Shown here: positions 52,941 to 62,689 of the stretch, in pieces
Layout of the letters: every line of letters starts with the position of its first letter
Position numbering within the stretch: position 1 is the stretch's first letter
Assembly: GCA_965202805.1 (NCBI GenBank)
Contig: OZ241869.1
Span: 704,001 to 768,000, forward strand
Reading direction: 5' to 3'
DNA length: 64,000 nucleotides
Source: Longimicrobiales bacterium
Lineage (GTDB): Bacteria; Gemmatimonadota; Gemmatimonadetes; Longimicrobiales; Gaopeijiaceae
Made by a program: the position numbers and the translations under genes
Notes under the pieces: model-generated
What the model was told of the DNA's origin: nothing
The model's input: the letters and a program-made list of their open reading frames with translations, nothing else
Database searches by the model: none

Positions 52941-53675
52941 ATGCGCGGCGTTCGTAGCGTTCTGGTGCATTTGGCGGCGATGACGGCCCTGGCGGCGAAT
53001 GCGCACGCACAGGCGTCCGGGGAGCCCGTCCCGCAATGGTTTCTGGGCATCGGCGGGATCGTCAGCGAGCCCCGGGGACAGTTTGCCGAATCCGTGGGGA
53101 CGGCGCCCGGCCTGGCCCTCAACGTGCGTTACAGCCCGCCCGGGGCGGGGGGATTCGGGTTGCGCGCCGATTTCGGTTTCATCCGCTACGGGTCCAATAC
53201 CAAGCCTGCCTGTTTCAGCGTCACCGTGGGGTGCCGGATCCAACTGGACGTGGTGACGGCGAACGACATTCTGCTCTTCAACCTCGGCCCCGAGTGGGTC
53301 CTGCCGGGCGGGCCGGTGAGGCCGTATCTGGCGGGGAATGTGGGCCTCGCGCACTTCTACACGCACTCGTACGTGAAGGGAGTGGACGAGTACGACGAGG
53401 ACGGCTTCGGCGAGACCACCAACTTCAAGGATTCCTCGCTGGCCTGGCGCGGGGGTGGCGGAATTCTGGTAAGGCTGGCTCGTGGAGACGTCTTCCTGGA
53501 TCTGGATCTGGCGGCGTTCTACCATCGCAACGGGGTGGCAGAGTACCTCACCGAGGTCGATATCGAGGATCTCCCCGGCGGGGGCATCGACATGTTCCCG
53601 CGGCAGGGCAACACCAACTTCCTTTCATTCCGCCTCGGCCTCGCGCTCGGTCTCAGCGGCCAGGGTCCCTACTAG
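52941..53675 (+). CDS. Putative outer-membrane beta-barrel protein
   Basis: Signal peptide ending AHA-Q, alternating beta strands (VRPYLAGNVG, LAWRGGGG) and C-terminal FRLGLALG. Confidence 0.7.
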   Translation: MRGVRSVLVHLAAMTALAANAHAQASGEPVPQWFLGIGGIVSEPRGQFAESVGTAPGLALNVRYSPPGAGGFGLRADFGFIRYGSNTKPACFSVTVGCRIQLDVVTANDILLFNLGPEWVLPGGPVRPYLAGNVGLAHFYTHSYVKGVDEYDEDGFGETTNFKDSSLAWRGGGGILVRLARGDVFLDLDLAAFYHRNGVAEYLTEVDIEDLPGGGIDMFPRQGNTNFLSFRLGLALGLSGQGPY

Positions 53676-53729
53676 CAGCCACGCGGACGGACTCCCCCCG
53701 GGCGCCTCGCCGCTCTCGGTGCTCGCGCG

Positions 53730-53802
53730 GATTCATCCACGGACCGTGCGCAGCCCACGCACGAAGTCCCGGCGGCACTCGAGTGGCGATTCATCCACGG
53801 AC
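53730..53802. repeat. Two exact 15-bp direct repeats GATTCATCCACGGAC
   Basis: Copies at 53730-53744 and 53788-53802 (58-bp period). Confidence 0.75.
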
Positions 53803-53840
53803 TGCCGGCTCGTTCGTCCCGGTGCGCAGATCGCGCGATA

Positions 53841-53870
53841 TTGTCAGTAGATGTCAGTTGATGTCACCTG
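53841..53870. repeat. Three 10-bp-period repeats with a TGTCA core upstream of comM
   Basis: TTGTCAGTAG ATGTCAGTTG ATGTCACCTG. Confidence 0.75.
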
Positions 53871-54003
53871 CGGCCGGAGGAGCGGCGTATGACCAGGTGT
53901 TCCCATCGTGCCATGGGGACGCCCCTGCAACGTCGCCACCTTTCTCCGGCGCGGGGAAGGTCCCCGCCGTCCGGCACCACTTGATGCATGGCTGCGGGGG
54001 GCG

Positions 54004-55557
54004 ATGTTCACTCAGGTCCGATCGGCCGCCCTGAGCGGGGTCGACAGCTTTCCGGTCAGCGTCGAGGCGAGCCTGACCTCCGGCCTCCCGTCGTTTTCGA
54101 TCGTCGGCCTGCCGGCCGGGGCGGTGCGCGAAGGCCGCGAACGGGTGACGGCCGCGCTCGCCAGCGCAGGGTTTCCGATCCCGCACCGCCGTGTCACGAT
54201 CAACCTGGCGCCGGCCGACGTGCCCAAGACCGGCAGCGCCTTCGACCTCCCCATTGCGGTTGCGCTTCTGGTCGTGGCCGGGCACCTGCGGGCCGAGGAA
54301 GTCGAAGGGCATGGGTTCGTGGGCGAGCTGGGGCTCGATGGCGAACTGCGACCGGTGCGGGGAGCGCTGTCGATCGCAAACGGTTGCCACGGGATGGAGG
54401 GTCTCGTGCTTCCCGGCGTAAACGCGCGCGAGGCGGCGGTGGCAGGAGCCGTGGAGGTGATCGGGGCGTCCTGTCTGACGGAGGTGGTCCGGCATCTGAC
54501 CGGGGACCACCGCATTGCCCCGGCCAACGTGGACGGCATCGCTCTTCTGGATGTTGGGGCGGCGGACGCGCCCGACCTGGCCGACGTCCGGGGCCAGGCT
54601 CATGCGAAGCGCGCCCTGCTGGTGGCGGCCGCGGGGGGGCACAATGTGCTTCTGAGCGGCCCGCCCGGAGCCGGCAAGACCATGCTCGCGCGGCGGCTGT
54701 CCGGGATTCTGCCGGCGCTTGGCCTGCGCGAGGCGGTGGAGGCGACCAAGGTGCACTCCGTAGCCGGACGGCTGCCCTCCGGCGATGCGCTTCTGACGCG
54801 CCGCCCCTTCCGCGCTCCCCACCACACCATCAGCGACGCGGGCCTGGTCGGCGGCGGCCGCGTGCCGCGACCCGGCGAGGTCAGCCTCGCGCACCAGGGG
54901 GTGCTCTTTCTCGACGAACTCCCCGAGTTCCGCCGGCACGTCCTCGAAGCTCTGCGCCAACCGCTGGAAGACGGAACGGTTACGATCTCACGTGCCAGTC
55001 AGGCGGTGACCTATCCCTGCCGCTTTACCCTGGTCGCCGCGATGAACCCCTGTCCGTGCGGGCTCCACGGTGATGGATCGGGGCGCTGCTCCTGCAGCGA
55101 GCCCACGATCCGTCGGTACCGAAACCGGGTTTCCGGGCCGTTGCTGGACCGGGTCGACCTCCACGTGCACGTGCCGGCCGTGCCGGTCGGCGAACTCGAG
55201 GGGCGCGAAACGGGGACGTCGAGCCGTGAGGCGCGTGTCCGGGTCGCGCGCGCCCGAAGCCGCCAGCAGCAGCGGGAAGGCCGGAACGGAAACGCTCCGT
55301 GCAACAGCCGGCTCGGACCGGAGGGGATGCGACGCTGGTGCATTCCGGGGCGGGAAGGCCGCCGGCTGCTGCGCACGGCCGTGCGAGCCCTGGGCCTCTC
55401 CGCGCGCGGCTATCACCGGATTCTGCGCGTGGCCCGCACCATCGCCGACCTGTGCGAGAGTGAGCGCGTGGGTGCGCCGCACATCGCGGAGGCCATCCAG
55501 TACCGGAACCCCGGCGATCGGTCCGCGGTGGGGAGTGGCGTCGACGCGGGCGACTAG
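54004..55557 (+). CDS. comM: YifB/ComM Mg-chelatase-like AAA+ ATPase
   Basis: Motifs NLAPADVPKTGSAFDLPIA, GPPGAGKT, PFRAPHH, LFLDELPEF, MNPCPCG and SGPLLDRVD. Confidence 0.93.
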   Translation: MFTQVRSAALSGVDSFPVSVEASLTSGLPSFSIVGLPAGAVREGRERVTAALASAGFPIPHRRVTINLAPADVPKTGSAFDLPIAVALLVVAGHLRAEEVEGHGFVGELGLDGELRPVRGALSIANGCHGMEGLVLPGVNAREAAVAGAVEVIGASCLTEVVRHLTGDHRIAPANVDGIALLDVGAADAPDLADVRGQAHAKRALLVAAAGGHNVLLSGPPGAGKTMLARRLSGILPALGLREAVEATKVHSVAGRLPSGDALLTRRPFRAPHHTISDAGLVGGGRVPRPGEVSLAHQGVLFLDELPEFRRHVLEALRQPLEDGTVTISRASQAVTYPCRFTLVAAMNPCPCGLHGDGSGRCSCSEPTIRRYRNRVSGPLLDRVDLHVHVPAVPVGELEGRETGTSSREARVRVARARSRQQQREGRNGNAPCNSRLGPEGMRRWCIPGREGRRLLRTAVRALGLSARGYHRILRVARTIADLCESERVGAPHIAEAIQYRNPGDRSAVGSGVDAGD

Positions 55558-55582
55558 CGACCGGCGGTCCGCCGGCGAAACG

Positions 55583-57826
55583 CTACCTGGCCTTCGCCCG
55601 CGGCAGGACGATGCCGAACTCCGTGTACTCGCCCTCCCTGGTGTCCACCGCAAGCTGCCCTTCGTGTTCGCGCACGATCTCATGTGAGATCGACAGCCCC
55701 AGTCCGGTGCCCTGAGTACCGGACTTGGTGGTGAAGAAGGGGTCGAAGATCTTGCGGACGACGCTCTCGGGCATGCCGGTGCCATTGTCTCGAATCCTGA
55801 TGCGCACGGCGTCGCCCTGGTTCTCGGTGGAAACGAGCAGGGTGGGAGAATACCCGCGGCCTTCCGCCTTGCCGCGCATCTGGGTGGCCTGGCAGGCGTT
55901 GGTGACGATGTTCAGGATGACCCGGCTGAGGTCGCGGGCGATGCCTTCGACACGGCCCGCGCCGGGGTCCAGTTCCCGGTTGATGGTCACGTTGAAGGTG
56001 GCGTCCGTGCCGCGCATCCCGTGGTACGCGAGCTTGGTGTATTCCTCCACCAGCAGATTGATGTCGATGGACTCGATCTGGCCGGCCTCGTCGCGGGAGT
56101 GGGCCAGCATGCCGTCAACGATGCGGTTCGCGCGGTCGCCGTGCTCCTTGACCTTGGAGATGTTGAGCTGGAGGTCGCCCAGGATCTCATCGACGATTTC
56201 GCTCAGCTCGTCATCACCGGCCGCGGCGAGCGGCCCCGCGCCATCACCGTTGCTGCTCTGTTCCTCGAGCCCCAGCTCCTCCCGCAACTCGTCGATCAAC
56301 TCGACGGAAAGCGCCGCGAAGTTGTTGACGAAGTTGAGAGGATTGCGGATTTCGTGCGCCACGCCCGCCGTCAACGCGCCCAGCGACGCCAGCTTCTCCT
56401 GGGTGATGACCTGTTCCTGCGTGCGCCGGAGTTCGTCCAGTGTGCTCTCGAGCTCCGCGTTCTTGTCCTGGACCTCGGTGGCGAGCGCCTCCACCAGGTT
56501 CAGACGCTGAACTTCGATGGCGTGCTGCCGGAAGACCTCGAGGGCCCCCGCCATGTCGGTGACCTCGTCGTTGCCGGCGATCTCCAGCTTCGCTTCCAAC
56601 TCGCCCCTGGACATGCGGCGCATCACGTCGGAGAGGTGGCGCAGACGGACCAGGAGTCGCTCACCGAAGAACTTCCAGCCTCCGAAGACCGCCGCCAGCA
56701 CGGCCAGGACGTTGACCGCGAGGATGGTCCACCAGCCGACCTGCAGGAGAGTGGCCGATCGGTCCGCCGCCTCCTGGGTCGAGATCTCCGCGTTCTCCAC
56801 CAGCGGCTGAACGAGCGCGGCCAGGTCGCTGGTGGTTGCCTCGTTCAGGGCCAGATACTCCTCGGACTCGGCCAGCTCGGCCAGCTCGAGGGTGCGGATG
56901 GTGTAGATTCCGTTGGCGGCCGAGTAGAGTTCGCCCAGGGTCTCGAAGGAGGGGTTGAACAGGGCGGCGGTCACGGGGCGCAGGTCGCCCAACGCGGCTT
57001 CCAGGTCGCCCATCGCCGCGGTCACCCTCTCGCGGTTGGTCTGAAGCAGGCCCGGATCGTCCTGCGTGAGCGCACGCTGGATGAGTACGGAGACCTCGTT
57101 CTGCGTCGCCTGGTAGTTGAGCAACCCTCTGTACTGATCCAGTTCGCCGGGCGTGTTTCTGGCTGAAATCGGCGCAGGCTGGTCGGTGAGTTCCCGCAAG
57201 CCCGTTTCCATGAAGAACTCCTGATCGTCGATCTCCGTGACGAGCAGGAGTTCGGTTCCCAGCGTGACCTCCAGCACCTCGCGTTCCAACTCGCTTACCT
57301 GAGCGCGATAGGTCATCCGTCGAGCCGCCGATTCCCGGATGAGGTCGATGCTCTCCACCAGGCCGGAGACGAGCCGGACCACCGAGTCCTGGAGCTCTCC
57401 CTCGAGTCCGGCGCCCGTCATCTGCCTGATGCGGGTAAGCAGGAATTCCTCTTCCCGCGCCACATCGAGGTCGACCAGTTCCAGGTCTTCCGGGGTATCG
57501 GCCGCGATCAGCCTGGGCGAAGCACGCACCAGTTCCGAGCTGCTTTGCGCTACGTCGAAGGCGGCGATCATCCCCGGCATATAGGTGCCGGTGACGTTCC
57601 GCTGGCTCGCGTTGACGATCGTCATGAGACCCAGCGCCAGCACGCTCGCCACCAGAGTCAGTGTCACGCCCCCGCCCAGTCCCACCCAGATCTGGCTCGC
57701 GATGCCGAAGCGGTCTCCCGTGGCTTCGCGGATCCTGTCGCCCAAACGGGAGGGCAGTTTGGCCAGAATCCACTCGAAGGTGGCATGGATTCTGGAGTCC
57801 AGACCCTCCTGAACGGGAGGATTCAT
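55583..57826 (-). CDS. Membrane sensor histidine kinase with a large helical (TorS-like) periplasmic domain and HAMP
   Basis: TM, about 350-aa helical region, TM, HAMP, then LTAGVAHEIRNPLNF, NIVTNA, DNGTG, FDPFFTTK and GTGLGL. Confidence 0.9.
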   Translation of the reverse strand: MNPPVQEGLDSRIHATFEWILAKLPSRLGDRIREATGDRFGIASQIWVGLGGGVTLTLVASVLALGLMTIVNASQRNVTGTYMPGMIAAFDVAQSSSELVRASPRLIAADTPEDLELVDLDVAREEEFLLTRIRQMTGAGLEGELQDSVVRLVSGLVESIDLIRESAARRMTYRAQVSELEREVLEVTLGTELLLVTEIDDQEFFMETGLRELTDQPAPISARNTPGELDQYRGLLNYQATQNEVSVLIQRALTQDDPGLLQTNRERVTAAMGDLEAALGDLRPVTAALFNPSFETLGELYSAANGIYTIRTLELAELAESEEYLALNEATTSDLAALVQPLVENAEISTQEAADRSATLLQVGWWTILAVNVLAVLAAVFGGWKFFGERLLVRLRHLSDVMRRMSRGELEAKLEIAGNDEVTDMAGALEVFRQHAIEVQRLNLVEALATEVQDKNAELESTLDELRRTQEQVITQEKLASLGALTAGVAHEIRNPLNFVNNFAALSVELIDELREELGLEEQSSNGDGAGPLAAAGDDELSEIVDEILGDLQLNISKVKEHGDRANRIVDGMLAHSRDEAGQIESIDINLLVEEYTKLAYHGMRGTDATFNVTINRELDPGAGRVEGIARDLSRVILNIVTNACQATQMRGKAEGRGYSPTLLVSTENQGDAVRIRIRDNGTGMPESVVRKIFDPFFTTKSGTQGTGLGLSISHEIVREHEGQLAVDTREGEYTEFGIVLPRAKAR

Positions 57827-59040
57827 CGCGACAACCGCTCCATGGCCCGAAAACGCCCCGCCTGTATTCGGGTCAGAAACACGCGATCCGATCCCTGGTT
57901 GTCGCGCAGGCCATACTCGACCTCGAACCCGCCCAGATCGATGGGCCCGGCTTCCCGCAGCGTCCGGAGGAAGCTCTCGCGCGTCGGTTCGGGGCCCGTC
58001 CTGTCGAGTCCCTCGACGATCAGGAGTCCCGCCAGGTAGCCCTCGAGCGAGACGAAGCCGGGACTTGAATCGGCGTCCACCATCTCCAGCGCCTCGTGGT
58101 AGCGGGCCACCACCGGAACGGAGGTGTCCTGGGGGAAGGGGACGACCTGTGTGACCACGACACCTTCTCCCGCCGTCCCGAGTTCGTTCAGCAGCGCGTT
58201 GCTGCCTACGAACGAGATGTTCACGAACACGGCGTTCACGCCGATGCGGCGCGCCCACCTGATGAAGGTCGCCGCGGGCTGATAGGCGCCGATGATGATC
58301 ACCGCCTGCGGGTTGCCCTCCCGGATGTCGAGCAGAGCCCGCTTGACCGCGGTCGTGTTGCGGACGTACGCGCCCTCGGCGACCAGCACCATGTCACGCC
58401 TTCCCAGCGCGCGGCGCACGCCGGTCAGCCCGGCGTTGCCGTAGTTGTCGTCCTGGTACAGGACCGCGAAGCGCGTATGGCCCAGGTCCGTGGTGAGGCG
58501 CTCGACCATCTCCTCGGTTTCCTGGAAATAGGATGCGCGCAGGTTGACCACGAAGTCGGGTCTCTCCCGCAGGAATTCGGCTCCCGTGAACGGGCCGATG
58601 TAGGGTACGCCTCCGGCGGTAGCGACCGGCTCCGCCGCGGTGGAGGTGGGCGTCCCGACCGCGCCCACGAGTCCGAATACCCCCTCGGCGATGAGCGCGT
58701 GCGTGTTGTCGGAAGCAGCTTCGGGCTCGTATCCGTCGTCACGCGAACGAAGCCGCAACATCCGTCCCCGGATCCCGCCCCGGCGGTTGGCTTCCTCGAA
58801 CGCCGCGAGTATCCCGAGCCTCATGTTCGATCCGAGCTCGCTCGTGGGGCCCGTGAAGGCGGCCGACTGTCCGAACACGATCGAGTCCGGAAAGACGCCC
58901 TCCGCTTCGGACTGAGCCGCCAGCGACGAGTTCGGCAGGAGCGAGGCGATGATGGCCAGCAGTGCTCCGAGCGCAGCGCAGCGAGGCTCCGGGGCACGGG
59001 TCCCCGGTCTCGCTTCCCGGAACGCTGTCCCGCGTCGCAT
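57823..59040 (-). CDS. Periplasmic solute-binding protein, type I (LivJ/branched-chain-like)
   Basis: Signal peptide, FGQSAAFTGP, RDDGYEP, VGAVGTPTS, NLRASY and YQDDNYG. Confidence 0.9.
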   Translation of the reverse strand: MRRGTAFREARPGTRAPEPRCAALGALLAIIASLLPNSSLAAQSEAEGVFPDSIVFGQSAAFTGPTSELGSNMRLGILAAFEEANRRGGIRGRMLRLRSRDDGYEPEAASDNTHALIAEGVFGLVGAVGTPTSTAAEPVATAGGVPYIGPFTGAEFLRERPDFVVNLRASYFQETEEMVERLTTDLGHTRFAVLYQDDNYGNAGLTGVRRALGRRDMVLVAEGAYVRNTTAVKRALLDIREGNPQAVIIIGAYQPAATFIRWARRIGVNAVFVNISFVGSNALLNELGTAGEGVVVTQVVPFPQDTSVPVVARYHEALEMVDADSSPGFVSLEGYLAGLLIVEGLDRTGPEPTRESFLRTLREAGPIDLGGFEVEYGLRDNQGSDRVFLTRIQAGRFRAMERLSR

Positions 59041-60191
59041 CAGTTCCCCCCATAACGGAGCGCCAGGCAGGTCAGGTCGTCGGACTGGGGTGCGCCGCCC
59101 GCGTGCTCGTGTACCGCGTCAACCACCCGGCGCGTCATGTCCTCGGGGTTGGCACCGGCGGCCTTCCCCAGGACCTCCAGCAGCGTGTCGTCTCCGAACT
59201 GGTTTCCGGCCTCGTCCATCGCTTCGGTCACGCCGTCCGTGTAGAAGAAGACGACGTCGCCCTCCTCCAGCTGCATCGAGTGTTGCTGATAGGGAAACTC
59301 GTCGATCACGCCGAGGACGATGCCGCTGTCTCCCGGCAGCCACGTCACCTCGCCCGAAGGCTTGACCAGACAGGGGAGGTTGTGGCCTCCGTTTACGTAT
59401 TGCAGAAGCCCCGACGCCGGATCGAGCACCGCGTAGAACATGGTTACGAACATCGACTCCTTGTTCTGTTCGTAGAGTAGCTGGTTGACCTCGGTGATGC
59501 ACTTTACGGGCTCACGTTCGCCAAGGGCGGATCCCTTGACGAGGGTTCGGCTCACCATCATGAACAGCGCGGCCGGCACCCCTTTGCCGGAGACGTCCGC
59601 GACCACCACGGCGAACCTGTCATCCTCCACCGGGAAGAAGTCGTAGAAGTCGCCGCCCACTTCCTTGGCCGGGGTCATCCATGCGTACAGGCCGTACTGC
59701 GGATGCTCCGGGAAGACCTTGGGCAGGATCGAGTCCTGCATCTGCGCCGCCACCCCGAGCTCCTGGCGCAGGGCGACGAGTTCGTCGCGAGACCGGAGCG
59801 CTTCGCGCATCACCTCCAGGTGCCGGATCGTCTTGTCGATCGTGGTCTCGAGATCGTCGAAGTTGATCGGCTTGGTGAGGAAGTCGAACGCGCCGCGATT
59901 CATGGCGGTGCGGATGTTCTCCATGTCCCCGTACGCCGTGACGATCACCGCGCGCAAGTCGAGGTCGAGGGAGTTGATCTGGCTGAGAAGCGTCAGCCCG
60001 TCCATCTCGGGCATGTTGATGTCCGACAGCACCATGTCGATGTCTTCCTGCTCGTTCAGCTTGTCGAGCGCTTCGACACCATTGCCGGCGAACACAAGCT
60101 CGATCTCGCGCCGACGCACCTTGCGCCGGAACTTCTGCCTGAGCAGAAGCTCGAGATCCGGCTCGTCGTCCACCACAAGAATCTTCTTCAT
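59040..60191 (-). CDS. Response regulator receiver + PP2C/SpoIIE phosphatase (RsbU/RsbY-like)
   Basis: REC motifs VVDDE, SDINMPEMDG and LTKP. PP2C motifs VGGDFYD, VADVSGKG, YTDGVTEA and SDDLT. Confidence 0.93.
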   Translation of the reverse strand: MKKILVVDDEPDLELLLRQKFRRKVRRREIELVFAGNGVEALDKLNEQEDIDMVLSDINMPEMDGLTLLSQINSLDLDLRAVIVTAYGDMENIRTAMNRGAFDFLTKPINFDDLETTIDKTIRHLEVMREALRSRDELVALRQELGVAAQMQDSILPKVFPEHPQYGLYAWMTPAKEVGGDFYDFFPVEDDRFAVVVADVSGKGVPAALFMMVSRTLVKGSALGEREPVKCITEVNQLLYEQNKESMFVTMFYAVLDPASGLLQYVNGGHNLPCLVKPSGEVTWLPGDSGIVLGVIDEFPYQQHSMQLEEGDVVFFYTDGVTEAMDEAGNQFGDDTLLEVLGKAAGANPEDMTRRVVDAVHEHAGGAPQSDDLTCLALRYGGN

Positions 60192-60548
60192 ACGTCCTCC
60201 CGGGAGAGCAGAGACCCCGATTCCTTCCGCTGGGCCGGCGACCGTCCGGCGCAGGAGCCTGATCGGGCGTGGGCGTCGCCCAAAACTACTCGTTGTGAGC
60301 CCGTTGGCAACAAGGATCGTCGCTTGTCTGCGTCCGTGAATTGCCGGAGATCGGGTTCCGTTCCGTGCCGCCTCCGGGTCATGGCGGTTCCGGACTGTCG
60401 AGGGATGCGCATTCGAGCCTTCCGTGATAGGTTGTTAGGCCGGCAAATCCGGGAGGCCGTCGGCAGGCGGAAGCACGCCGGCGATGATGCATGGCGTGGA
60501 ACAGAGGAAGAATGGCGTAGTCGTTGCGGAACAGCGGCGGATCGACAC

Positions 60549-60968
60549 ATGGATGTCACGCTCGGGATTGATGTGGGGACGGACCAGCAGGAGCCTCGCA
60601 GGGTCGTGGAGGTTTTTGAGCGCTTTGCCACGGCAAACGGCATAAGCGACCTCGTGGTTCAGCGGTTCTGTCTGGCCCTCGACGAGGTCCTCACCAACGT
60701 CATCTCATACGGCTTCGAGGGAGTACGCGGGGAACCGAAGGTCCGAGTCGACTTCGGGTTGGGAGACGACCTCCTGGAAGTCCGCATCCAAGACAACGGA
60801 AGCTCCTTCAATCCGCTTGCCGACGCACCGCTCCCGGATTTCACGCTGTCCGTGGACGAGCGACCGATCGGTGGGCTCGGAATCCACCTTGCCAAGAACC
60901 TCGTTCACGACATATCCTATCGGCGCGAGAAAAACCGAAATTGCCTTACCCTCACACAGCCGCTGTAG
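60549..60968 (+). CDS. Anti-sigma factor / Ser-Thr kinase (RsbW-like)
   Basis: Motifs LALDEVLTNVISYG, QDNGSSFNP and RPIGGLGIHL. Confidence 0.88.
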   Translation: MDVTLGIDVGTDQQEPRRVVEVFERFATANGISDLVVQRFCLALDEVLTNVISYGFEGVRGEPKVRVDFGLGDDLLEVRIQDNGSSFNPLADAPLPDFTLSVDERPIGGLGIHLAKNLVHDISYRREKNRNCLTLTQPL

Positions 60969-60990
60969 GCGCGACAGGGGATCCAAATCC

Positions 60991-61323
60991 GTGAAAGTCA
61001 CAGCCAGTCAGTCCGGGGACGCCGTGATCGCGGCCGTAAGCGGCCGCGTTGATTCGGTCAACGCGACCTCCTTCGAACAGGAGTTGAGCAAGGCCATGGA
61101 GGGCGGTTCCAGCCGCTTGGTCGTGGAATGCGGCGAGCTGTCGTACATCAGCAGCGCCGGCCTGCGCATTCTGCTTCTCGCCGTCAAAAAGACGCGTGCC
61201 CAGGGCGGGGGAGTCGCGCTGTGCCAGGTGCAGGACCACGTTCGGGAGGTTCTGGAGGTCAGCGGGTTCACGCGCATCATGACGGTCCGCGACACCGTCG
61301 AGCAGGCACTCGAGAGCTTCTAG
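60991..61323 (+). CDS. STAS anti-sigma factor antagonist (RsbV-like)
   Basis: Motifs VSGRVDSVNA, LSYISSAGLR (phospho-Ser motif) and VREVLEVSGF. GTG start. Confidence 0.9.
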   Translation: MKVTASQSGDAVIAAVSGRVDSVNATSFEQELSKAMEGGSSRLVVECGELSYISSAGLRILLLAVKKTRAQGGGVALCQVQDHVREVLEVSGFTRIMTVRDTVEQALESF

Positions 61324-61477
61324 GGGGATTACGGGAGCCGGCGCGCGATGCAGCTGCCGGCGCGACGGCGCCTCCTTCCGACCGGTCCCCTCTCCCATCC
61401 AGCCGCGTGACGCGCGGCCTCCCTTCCGCTCCGGCGATGGTTGCCGGTGTCCCCGCCTCTCGATTCCGGTTTCCGGG

Positions 61478-62632
61478 CTAGAAGTACGTGAACGCCTGGA
61501 CCTTGAGCGACCACTCGGTGCGGTCGAGCGATGAGCGGTAGATGTCCAGGTTGGTGGATATCCCGTTCTTTCCGAAGGCGTACAGCATGAAGCCGGGGGT
61601 GATGGTGAAGCCGGAAAAGTCCTCGCCATCGGCATCCGCTGTGCTGGCCCAACTGAGGCGCAACAGGGGCTCGATGGCTTCGAACCGGGCGGTCTCCGGC
61701 AGCCGCGCATACCAAAGACCCATCGCCTGGAATGCCGTGAACGGGGTATCCCTGTCCACCTTCCAGTTCCGTCCCCGGATGGCCCCCAGCAGCAGGTGAC
61801 CTCCGTCGCGCCACGTGCCTGCCTCGAACTCCAGACCGTAGGCCGGGGTCCAGCCCGACCCGTAGTCGAAACGGGTCTCGTCGAATGAGGCGTAGACAGC
61901 GAAGCGGCTGGCGTCGGTGAGGTCGAAGGACAGCTGCGTGGTGGTTGACTTCCAGTTGTTCGTATCCCGGTTGTCGATGCCCTCCCCGTTGGTGAGCGTC
62001 ACGCGGTAGCTCGCGCGGCTGCCCAGGCGGCCCGTCATCAGCAACCCGGGCTCGTACCCGTTGAGTCCGAGCCGGAACGCCAGGTTGCCGAAGGAACAGA
62101 CTCCTCCGATTCCCGGGCAATCGTCGACGCCCGAGACCCTGGCGTCACGTTCGATAAGGGGCAGGTCGGAATTCGGAACCAGCCAGAAGTAGGAGATTCC
62201 GCGCTTGAACTGTCCCATGTTGAGGACGAAGGCTTCCGAGAAGCTCAACGTGAGCCATGCGTCCAGCACGGTCCCCCCCCGGAGAGCTTCGAACTGGAGG
62301 CGGCCGGAGACGAAGTCGTTGTAGCGCCCGTCCAAGGTGATCCAGCCGCGCCGCATGGAGAACGACGAGACGGCACCCTCGGCGCTCGGTGCCTCGTACT
62401 GCGCGTGCACGCGCGCATCAAATGAAACGCTGGAACCGCCATAGGACCTGAACGGGGGATCCTGGGCTTCCAGGGAGGTGGCGAGAAGACCTGCGGCCGC
62501 CAGCAGGACGGTAGCGAGCGCCGTCCGCCGCGACCGCGACCGTCCCGTCCCCGTCCCTTTCCGCCGGTTCCGCTGGACGCTGCCGCGCGCAGCCGTCTCG
62601 ACGCCGGCCCTTCTCGCTGTGTGCATCGTCAT
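61478..62632 (-). CDS. Putative porin (OprO/OprP-like beta-barrel)
   Basis: Signal peptide, FSMRRGWITLDG, VLDAW, NMGQFK and a C-terminal aromatic (AFTYF). Confidence 0.72.
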   Translation of the reverse strand: MTMHTARRAGVETAARGSVQRNRRKGTGTGRSRSRRTALATVLLAAAGLLATSLEAQDPPFRSYGGSSVSFDARVHAQYEAPSAEGAVSSFSMRRGWITLDGRYNDFVSGRLQFEALRGGTVLDAWLTLSFSEAFVLNMGQFKRGISYFWLVPNSDLPLIERDARVSGVDDCPGIGGVCSFGNLAFRLGLNGYEPGLLMTGRLGSRASYRVTLTNGEGIDNRDTNNWKSTTTQLSFDLTDASRFAVYASFDETRFDYGSGWTPAYGLEFEAGTWRDGGHLLLGAIRGRNWKVDRDTPFTAFQAMGLWYARLPETARFEAIEPLLRLSWASTADADGEDFSGFTITPGFMLYAFGKNGISTNLDIYRSSLDRTEWSLKVQAFTYF

Positions 62633-62689
62633 CGTGGTCTCCTCGACGTTGTGCGGGAGCGATCCCGCGGCATCTCCGGTTCCCCTGTA

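Noticed and set aside
53700..53870. oriC or CRISPR interpretation of the repeats upstream of comM
   Set aside because: There are only two degenerate DnaA-like 9-mers, no AT-rich unwinding element, only two 15-bp copies and no cas genes.
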